64,000 nucleotides of DNA from Monosiga brevicollis MX1 (lineage: Eukaryota). This document shows positions 51,756-60,727 of this stretch, piece after piece; the first letter of the stretch is position 1; each line of letters opens with the position of its first letter. The notes below the pieces were generated by a model. That model was not told the origin of the DNA, did no database searches, and saw nothing but the letters and a program-made list of their open reading frames with translations. The stretch covers positions 130,256 through 194,255 of the forward strand of contig NW_001865085.1 of assembly GCF_000002865.3 (NCBI RefSeq), given 5' to 3'. The position numbers and the translations under genes are program-made.

Positions 51756-52976
51756 TTAGACGCATGTGACGGTGCGGGTGGCATGGGCATGGTGCTGGGG
51801 AAAGCGCTCGAGGTCAGGCTGTGGATCGTGGTGCTCGTGTTTGGTTCCTTCGCGGGGGCGAAACGGGTGAGGTGCGCGAATGCCGTTGCGGTCTACGCAG
51901 CGTGGATCCGGGCCGCGTCGTGCTTCGTACAGCTCGTCGTAGGCAAACACCAGGAAGAAGACTGAGCCGAGAGTGTAAAGGAGGCCACCCAGAATATTGA
52001 ACCAGGCCACCATGCTCTCGGAGCAGAGTTCCAGGGGGGCAAAGCTGGCCGCCGTCGAGACGGCGCCGTAATCGCGAACACCGCTGAGGTCACACGTTGT
52101 GGAGAAGATGTAAAAGACCGAGCCTAAGAAGAGGCCGAGCGCACCCCAGTAATAAAAATTGCTGAGCTGCGCAAAGAGGGGCCGGGAAAATTGAGCAGCT
52201 GAGTCGATGCTAAAGACAAAGGTTCCAAAGAGAAAGCCAACGGCAGAGAGGAAGGAGCACCACGAGGCGCTCCGCGGATCATCACGGAGGCTGAGGATGG
52301 TGGTTGCTAGAAAGAAGAGGCCACCCACAGTGAGGGAGATGACGCTCACGTGAAAAGCTGTGCCTGGTCGACGCGTTTTGCGTTCCCAAAGCGTGGCGTA
52401 GATGGCGCGGAGCTCGACAAAGATTTTGGCAAAGAGAAAGAGCACCACGCCCACCATGAGAATAATACTGGAACCATCTGCCGAGACGTGCTTGTTCTTG
52501 CTAAGCCAGGGCCCCAGCGTAAAGAGGATGCTGCCCACCACAAAGCACCAGCCGCCCCAGACGTCGAGGTCGTTATAGTAGCGGCCAACGTTGCGCCACA
52601 GAGTCCGCCAGCTCTTGAAAATGTGAAGATGGTTCATGGTCGTGTCCATGAAGAGCATGGTATGAACGACGCCCCGGTGCTCGGTGGCATTGCCCTCAAA
52701 GTCTGGCGTCGGGAACGAGCTGTTGTTGGCGCCCCAAAGCTTGGTGTCTTGTTCTATTTCGGCGCGGTAGCGGCGTTGGGCCAGAGCCAGAGGCGTCTCG
52801 GCACCACCCACACCGTTTTCGGACAGGCGACCCACGGACACGGGTGAATGTGTTACAAGGTGGCGCCCAACGCAATCCGCCTCTGGTGCGTCTGCGCTGA
52901 CAGTGCCAGCCCCGTCGGCGTGCCACTTCGGTTCTGCGCGGGCCCCACTGGAGGCTCGCACGTTCTGGTTTGACAT
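51756..52976 (-). CDS. Multi-pass membrane protein, YrhK-like repeats (paralog 2), intronless
   Basis: Collinear with 48316..49647 (PDF.GNA..H.GVVHTML, VGRYYNDL.VWGGW, CSES, PHPFRPREGT...DPQPD.ERF, VTCV*). Confidence 0.85.
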   Translation of the reverse strand: MSNQNVRASSGARAEPKWHADGAGTVSADAPEADCVGRHLVTHSPVSVGRLSENGVGGAETPLALAQRRYRAEIEQDTKLWGANNSSFPTPDFEGNATEHRGVVHTMLFMDTTMNHLHIFKSWRTLWRNVGRYYNDLDVWGGWCFVVGSILFTLGPWLSKNKHVSADGSSIILMVGVVLFLFAKIFVELRAIYATLWERKTRRPGTAFHVSVISLTVGGLFFLATTILSLRDDPRSASWCSFLSAVGFLFGTFVFSIDSAAQFSRPLFAQLSNFYYWGALGLFLGSVFYIFSTTCDLSGVRDYGAVSTAASFAPLELCSESMVAWFNILGGLLYTLGSVFFLVFAYDELYEARRGPDPRCVDRNGIRAPHPFRPREGTKHEHHDPQPDLERFPQHHAHATRTVTCV

Positions 52977-53330
52977 GCTGGCAACATCAAGGCAAGGCTA
53001 AACGCGGTCAAGAGAGCGGGGCAAGAGAAAGGAGGCGTGTTGGTGGGTCAAGAGAAACAGCAGCAACAGTGGCAGCCGACCGGGGTCCGCGCTGAGATGG
53101 GGTCAGAGGGCAGCCAAACAGCCCTACACGGTGTGACGATCGATCCCAGCCGAGCCAACAGACACGTGGTAAATGCCTTGCCCTGTCCGTCTCCTCGCCC
53201 AGTAGTAAGGGCAAGGTTGGCTCCCCGATGGGAAAACCATGACGTTGGCTCTCCCACACAAGAGAGAGAGGACTCCAAGGACGTTGTGCTGTGTATTTCG
53301 TTTGTAAAAGAGCGTGGGGGTAAATGTGTG

Positions 53331-53332
<2 letters not shown>

Positions 53333-53424
<92 letters not shown>

Positions 53425-53428
53425 GTGA
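53333..53428. repeat. (GT)n microsatellite
   Basis: Direct inspection. Confidence 0.97.
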
Positions 53429-53614
53429 GTGAGCGAGCTTCTGGGCCAGGGTGAAGAGGGGGAGGCAGAGTACAAATGGGGTCTCATGGGTCAGCGGGGT
53501 GGTACTCATCAGCAGAAAGAGTTCAGCGGGCAAAACACGGCGACCCAGCGTAGGCGCTGTACCAGATCAATTATTGAAAATGTGTTTGCTTAGCGGGTGT
53601 ACAACAGGAAGGCG

Positions 53615-54981
53615 CTAACAGTAGCATTGCTGGTTGTTGACACAGGTCGAAGAGCTCAGGGGGCTAAACTGTGTTGTAATGGCGTTGACGTCGAGATCCT
53701 CATTGCGGCAAATCAGGATGCTGCCCGTCACTGCCGTGAGGCCGGAGAGGGCGTCCAAATTCTCCAGCTCCGAGTTGTACTAGCGTCATTGGCGCAGAGC
53801 AGGCATCGAGTCGGTGAGAGTGCGTGCGCAAAGTGTGGGGTGACTGCAAAGACCCTGCAGCTGCGCAAGCTTACCTGAATCTTTAGATTCCCATTGATGA
53901 CTGTCAGGCCTTCCAACCCCGTTAGAGATTCCAGCTCCGGGTGAGTCTAAAGACCAAGGTGTGGCGTAGGAGGATACGGCGAGTTGAGCCTAGCAAATTT
54001 AAACTCACACTCGGCCAGGGCTTATGATAGCAAGCGGGCGATTCCTTCCTTACTTGGATCTGCAAATGCGTGCCAATGTGCCGCAGGTTGGCTAGGCCGC
54101 TGATGCTGGCTAGGTCCTCGTTATCCTGACAGCCAAAAGAAAAAAAGAAAAAAAAAAAGAAAAAAAAGAACAATACTATCAATGTAACACGGCTGTCAAT
54201 AACGCGGATCCACGCACATAATAGAGACGCACAAAGAGGGTCAGATACGATCCGATGGACGTCAGGCTGGCAAAGCCGTCAAGATTGGTGATTTTATCTG
54301 CCGCCTATAGCAGACAATCGGTGTGATTGTGACGACCTCAGAGCGTGGGCTTGGTAGCCAGGGCGCAAACAAGCCACAAAGAAGAACGGCGTACATAGAT
54401 AGTCAAAGAACCGCCGATCGAGGCGAGGCTCGCAAACCCATCAACGTTCGTAAAGACTCGGTCTTCCTAAAGCATCGAATCGGGAGGAGGCACAAAAAAA
54501 AAAAGTGAAGTTCCAAGCCAGGACCGCTGCGGCAGAGCTGGCCGGGCCAAGGTAAGACGCAGACACGTGTGGGCCTTACGCGAATCAGGAGATTGCCAGT
54601 GATGGTGGCAACATTTTCAAAGACGGAGAGATTGGCCGTGACGAGCCCGGAACAGCTGTAAAGGGAGACGTCTCCGTCAATGCTGGTTGTATTCCGTGGC
54701 AGGACGCTCAGATCGCAACCCACATTCCCGGTATACACGTATTGCGGAATGGTCGTTGTCATCGTCAGCGCTGTTGTGCCCACTAACATTTCGAGCTTCT
54801 CCTTTAATGACGCTATCTCCTGAAGAATATCACGCCCATCGAGAAGAACACGCGCCTGCGAGCCAGAGGTGTTAATGTACAAGTTGCCTTCGTCATCGGT
54901 CGCGATGATGGGTGGAGGACTGGCCGAAACACTCGCGCAGACCACGCCCAGCGTCAACAGGAGCATGCACCACCCCGCCAT
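53615..54981 (-). CDS. Secreted Receptor-L/LRR-solenoid protein with 1 N-terminal trimer-like module (6 exons)
   Basis: Exons 54580-54981, 54395-54466, 54233-54304, 54054-54125, 53875-53946 and 53615-53779, all GT-AG and phase 0. Repeat consensus xNxxLxxLxGLxxLxxIxGxLxI. Ends TCVNNQQCYC*. Confidence 0.85.
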
Positions 54982-55603
54982 CCCGAATCGCGCAAATCGC
55001 TCGTTGCTAAACGCCCGAGCCCCAAAAAAAAAAAAATACAAGCACGCCACACATCAGACAGCGCTTCTTGTTCTCAATCCAAAATCCCTCACAGCCACGC
55101 CACCAGTCAAGGAAAAAATTTGAAAACAATGCAATTATGTAGATAACCAGCCCCAAACCCAGGCACGCCAGCGCCTCCCTCGCCGACACGCCCCGACCCT
55201 GACATGCACGTACCCCGCCGCCCAAATCGCCGCGACCCGGCGTCCGGTGTTCCAATCAACTGTTGTCAAGTTGTAAAGTACTGTTGCGAACGGTCACGTT
55301 GATTTCCTTTATACCCAAACTGCGTCGCTCTCTAAATTTGAACGGCCTGGTTGCGCTTTCTCTAAGCAGGTTCCATCCTGGCAAACGATCTCTGGATTTG
55401 CCTTGACAGGGTTCGGAAGTGTAAAAAGCATCAAGTCACACTCTCTACATGTCTACTCTTCACCCTCACCTCTCTCTGTATCAACACGCATTTCTTCCCG
55501 CTTCTCTGGCCTCATGTCCCGCTTTTGCTGACAACATCCTGCCTTGACTAATATAAAGGCTTAACCTATATGCGATGTGGTCCTGCCCCGCCGCTCCGTA
55601 GAC

Positions 55604-55877
55604 CCTGAATGCCTGAATGCCTGAATGCCTGAATGCCTGAGAGCTTAAGTACCTGAGTGCCTGAATGCCTGAGTGCCTGAATGCCTGAGAGCCTGGGAGC
55701 GTGAGAGCTTGAGTGCTTGTGTGCCCGGGAGCGTGAGAGCTTGAGTGCCTGAGAGCCTGAGAGCCTACATGCCTGAGAGCCTAAATGCCTGAGAGCCTGA
55801 ATGCTTGAGTACCTGAGAGCTTGAGAGCCTTGAGTGCCTGAATGCCTGAGTGCCTGAGAGCCTGAGTACCTGAGTGC
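55604..55877. repeat. 8-bp minisatellite (CCTGAATG/CCTGAGAG/CTTGAGTG variants)
   Basis: About 30 degenerate 8-mer units visible. Confidence 0.92.
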
Positions 55878-56330
55878 CGACTGGCCGCGAATTTCCCCGA
55901 CCCGCTGGCTACGACTTGCTGGCTCCTGCAACTTGCCGAAGGCTATTTTGGAATCGTATGTAGACACGCCCCTTTCATCTTGTCCGTGTGCGGGCTCTCG
56001 TCTGCGTGTGCTCTTGGACTGCTCTCGCTCGCTTCTGTTGTCGCTTGCGCTCTTGATGCTCCCCTGTGCGTGCTTGTGGGTGAGGATGCGTTGGTGACGT
56101 GGGGAGGAGTACAATCGGTCTTGCGGCACACACATGATGGTCTCAGCTGCACTCCATTGGCGCATCGTGAATAGACTATGGATACAGCTCGCTTTCCCTG
56201 TTTGGCGCGAAAGCCCAGCGCAGCCGTGAAGCTCCTCGGTATCAGGCTTCCTCCTGCACATGACTCGCCACTTGTTCTAGTACCGCCTTTGACCTTATCC
56301 CGTCTTGCTCGATGAACTGCTTCTAGGCAT

Positions 56331-57208
56331 CATGACTGCGGCCTTGGGCCTACTCTCGGACGCGGCGAGTCCACGCAGCGCCCTCCTCGTCACCACCGAG
56401 GTGTGCCACGCAGAACACGAGACGCTCCCTCCAAACTTTCCACCGTCCCCAGGACTTTTATTCTATACCCCAAACGGCTGCCATGAGCTCTTCGGCCTGT
56501 ATTTCAAGTATGCGTGCCCAGGCTTTATCAGCTATGCGCCCCACATCTCTCTCTATGATGACGCAGAATGCACGGAGCACATCGACGAATTTGTTTTGCC
56601 ACCCGATCATTGCTTTGGGCAACACTTGATGGCTTGCGCGCCCGCCTTGCCTAAAAACGTCACCGCCACGCTCGCCTATCACAATGACGCCTCGTGCTCT
56701 GACGATGCCCAGTTGACAGCAACGATGCTCCGGACCGCCTGTCCAACCACCTCGAGCCTCGCCATGGCCCTCTACGGCGACAGTATTGACAGCGTCTGTC
56801 AGGGTGATGCTGACTGTCCACGTCGGCTCCAAGGAGAGTATCTCTACACAAAGGTGACCGGGCAATGCTCAGGCCAACAGCTCTGGCTGACGGGGCATGC
56901 CGAAGATTGCCAGAGCGAGGTCTTCCATGTGGCTGTACCTGCACACGAATGCGTCGCCTTGGACTCATATGTCAAGGGTAGGTGTGTCAAGCCAAGGTCT
57001 CAAGATTCCATCATACGCCCACCTCACCCGCGCTCGCGACCCTGTCGTAGATGTTTCATTATCAAGCTTGGCCCAGACCTTGCAAACCACCGAGGAGCAG
57101 CTGTACATCACTTCAACCTGCGAGCAGAGCAGCGCCAGCTGGCCAGGGCCCTCAGCTGCCCTTTTGCTGATCTTTGGTGTTTTGAGCCTGCTTGCCACCA
57201 TCAGCTAG
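56331..57208 (+). CDS. Cys-rich surface protein with a single repeat and a GPI-signal-like C-terminus (paralog of 46066..47925); 5' exon uncertain
   Basis: C..FKYAC...Y....C...CF....AC...LRTACP...LAMAL..C.GDADC...L...V...C. Intron position matches the repeats of the 46-48 kb gene. Ends SSASWPGPSAALLLIFGVLSLLATIS*. Confidence 0.7.
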
Positions 57209-57376
57209 TACCAGCGTTTTGTTGTGTTGAGTCCGGTATCGGGCCAGAAAGTTTGCATCATCCAGCTTGGTCTGACCCATCCCGCATATTATTCAATTGA
57301 CATGACATCGGGAAGGTGTGACGTCATTCTTTTGACACAATGATGCTCTGCATACAAGACACGCCTCATCACAATT

Positions 57377-59945
57377 TCAACAATCGCTGCAATTTCTTGC
57401 AAAGCAGTACTTGGGAGCCGCGGCGTCGCCAAGCCCAGCCATCTTGTCTTGAGTGACGATTAGGTTCAACAAGGCGTTGTCGCAGACTCGTAGGTACGTG
57501 ACCACCGTCGTCAGGTTACTGAGCCCATCAATCTTCTCGAGAACCGAGTTTCCCTTGACCCAGGAGCAACAAGTTTCAGCATGAGAGCTTCGGACCGGGC
57601 TGCTTTTGACACATTAGACAAGCCCGCGGGACAAACCCGCAATTCAAAGGATGTGATGCTGGTGAGACTTTCAAAACCAGCTAGCAGGCTAAGCCGATCA
57701 TTGTGCTGCAGCAGGGGGAAAGGACGGATTGAGAAATTCTGGCATGGCTAATAAAAGGTTTATCAACGGAGAGACACGTACACGGACACTCATGTCAGAG
57801 CCCAGTTGTGGCAGTTTGTCAAACCCGGAGATGACAGTGAGATTGTCGTTGCTCTGTGGCGTGCAAGCGCAAATGTGTAAATGGAGGTGCAGAGGAAACC
57901 GGCGCCGGCGCCCTTTGTGTCAGAGTGTGATCTGAACAGAGGGCAGGTCTCAAAGGTTGTCGCATCCACCAACCCCAATGTGGAGATAACTGCCAATCAT
58001 CGTCAGGTTACCAAAGCCTGCGATCGAGGTGAGCGCCGGATTGTCCTGAACACAGCGCAGGCATATCGTGAGTGCGTTCCTCTCTACCACCCTGGCACTT
58101 GACAGCACAGGCCCACCTTCACATCCAAGTCGGTCTGAATGGCTTTGAGATTGCCCAGCCCATCAAGGTGCTGTAGCGCCTTGTTATTCTATGAGGCGGG
58201 AGGGCAGCGACGTCGCTGTAATAAGCTGCCTCGTGATACACACGTCTACCCTATCCCCCGTCGTTGAACATGCAAAGAGAAATGAAAGTAAGCAAAGCAG
58301 AATCAACGACTTTCTTGCCGTACGTAGATGAGGAGGTAGTTGCCGATATGCGTGAGGCCAGCGAATCCATTGAGATTGCTGAGACTGTCATGATTCTAGA
58401 ATTGACCAAACGTCGGGTCATGACAGTGCTTGGTCGACGCTGTAGAAGCTTGTCCTTGCTGGCTCACCTCTATGCGAACGTATTCATTGACGTGCTTGAG
58501 TTGTTCAAGCCCCGCGAGATCCTGCAGGACGTGATTCATCTACCTCGCACCATCGTGAGATCATGTCAGGGCGAGAGGCGAGCACAGGAAGCAAAGCCCA
58601 CGCATAAGGGGCCTCACGCCAAGCGTCAAGAAAGCCCCAATGCGGGTCAGGGCTTGCAGACCATGCAGGTTGGTGAGTTTGACATTCGCCTACCACGGGT
58701 CCCGGCAGCCATGAGCACACATTGCAAGGTCGTTTGCCCAGGGGGTTGCGTTGGAGGGCTCACCAGGATATAGAGTTGTTTGCCAATGGACGACAAAGCT
58801 GCCAGCCCATTGATGTTGGTCAGCTGATAGTTGTTCTATTTTGGCGACAGGCATGCGCCCCCGAACAGTTGATCGCACATCTTGGCGTGAGGCAGGTGGG
58901 AGGCGGCAAGGCCTTTGCAATGCCGGAAGGGATTCGACGCACAGAAATGTGTAGGTAGCCACCAATAACCGACAGGCTGGCCAAGCCATTCAAATTAACC
59001 AGGGCTCCGTTTCTCTGAGACCCACACCAAGCCGCGGAAGGGTGCCATGAAGATGGGCAGCAACGGGCGAGGAGGGGAATGGCGGATGCGTAGTTCCTTC
59101 CCTTGACATGCATCAAGGGAGATCGGATGACAGACCTCTATCCGGACGTTTCCGGTGACGTTGCGCAGCTCGACAAGTACGAGCAGGTCGCTCGCTAGCA
59201 GAGCACTGCAACCAGACAGGATAAGATCGCCTCTTATTTCCGTGACGCCAGCAGGCACATTGCTGAGGCTGCACGAGCTTATATTGGGCGAGATCACGGG
59301 CTCAAGACTTGTGGTTGTGGGAGCTGGTGAGGAGGTGAAGATGCTGGTGGTGCGGCCAGCCAGCGCAGCGACAGCCTGCTGCAAGATCGCGAGCTCATCC
59401 AGCAGCGGCAACCCATTGACTGATACTTTCCCGGATCTGCTGCTGTTGAGAATGACATTGCCAAGGGGGTCCAGCGTCATTTCGGCCTGAACGGTTGGAG
59501 AGTTGGCCATGACGCCGGGAGGCGACGATGTAAGCGCTGGGACAAGAAGCTCTATTTGCGCTCGCAGCAGCAACAACTCGGCGCGGACGTCAATGCCATT
59601 GAAAAGAACCGTGCTGCCATTCAAGTGCAAGCCACCGCCATCATCGACGCCAACGGTGACATCCTCAACACTCGAACCAGCCACAGGGGTGGCAGCCGGG
59701 GTCGAGGTCGAGGTCATGGCCGTGGGGGTAGTCCAATCAGAGAAGGCGGCCGTGGCATTCTGTTTCAGGGCGCCTAGCTGCGCCACAACGTCAACGCCAT
59801 CAACCAATACACGTTTCGAGCAGTTGACATGCAGTCGACCTGAATCGTCCACAATCAAGTGGCCATCCAGCACCAGCGCCCTGATACCACCGATCAGCAA
59901 CACCGCCGCCAGCAGCTGCAAAAGCCGTACCCCTCTCCATGCCAT
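57377..59945 (-). CDS. Secreted Receptor-L/LRR-solenoid protein with 3 N-terminal trimer-like modules (11 exons)
   Basis: Exon 1 is 59136-59945. Internal exons of 72 bp span 58943-59014, 58764-58835, 58618-58689, 58468-58539, 58324-58395, 58117-58188, 57974-58045 and 57782-57853, plus a 69-bp exon at 57637-57705. Last exon 57377-57553 ends YCFARNCSDC*. Confidence 0.88.
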
Positions 59946-60037
59946 CACCGAACACTTTGGAGTAATCTTCGTCGTCGACCAAGTCCACCCCTGACATCCC
60001 AAGCCATGGATCGGCCAGCGCTCAAACAGGACCGCCC

Positions 60038-60070
<33 letters not shown>

Positions 60071-60239
60071 GTGCATTTGTCGAAGTTTGTCTGACAACTT
60101 GGAAACTGAGATGATGAAGAGAGGAGAGAAAGGGAGAGGAGAGAAAGGGAGAGAAAGGTAATAACACAACTACCACATGTAAAGGGGGATCAATTGGAGA
60201 GGGTATACACAATGACACTAACTACCACATGTGACAACA

Positions 60240-60316
60240 GGAAACAAAAGAAACAAGAGAGAGAGAGAGAGAGACGAAAAGAGAGAGAGAGAGAAGAGAG
60301 AAACTGAGAGAGAGAG

Positions 60317-60370
<54 letters not shown>

Positions 60371-60412
60371 ATTGGTTTGGTTTGGTCGGTTTGAGAAAGA
60401 GAGAGAGAGAGA
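60240..60412. repeat. GA-rich / (GA)n tract in the divergent intergenic region
   Basis: Direct inspection. Confidence 0.9.
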
Positions 60413-60727
60413 GCGTGTGCGTGAGATAGGATGAGGGAGTGGAATCAAAGGAACCAGCAGTAGGAGGAGGACATGGGCTGGAAATGGCGGCGTGGACGAG
60501 GAGATTGGGATGGCGGTGGCACGGGGCTGGAGTGCCAGAGGGGATGGTTGTCGGAAAAGTGGGCAATGAGAGGAGCAGCAGGGGGTGATTGGATACCCAA
60601 CGGTTAGCTCAATACCAGCGTGTGTGTGTTGTGTTGGTGAGTGGTGTGTTTCATGCGAACATGGCGTGGCTCATTTTTTTTGCGTGGGCGTGCTCCTCTT
60701 CTTGGGAGTGATCGATCGATCGCGGTG

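Noticed and set aside
55566..56261. 231-aa minus-strand ORF with SGxQAL repeats
   Set aside because: It is a translation of the 8-bp minisatellite, with no other evidence of coding.
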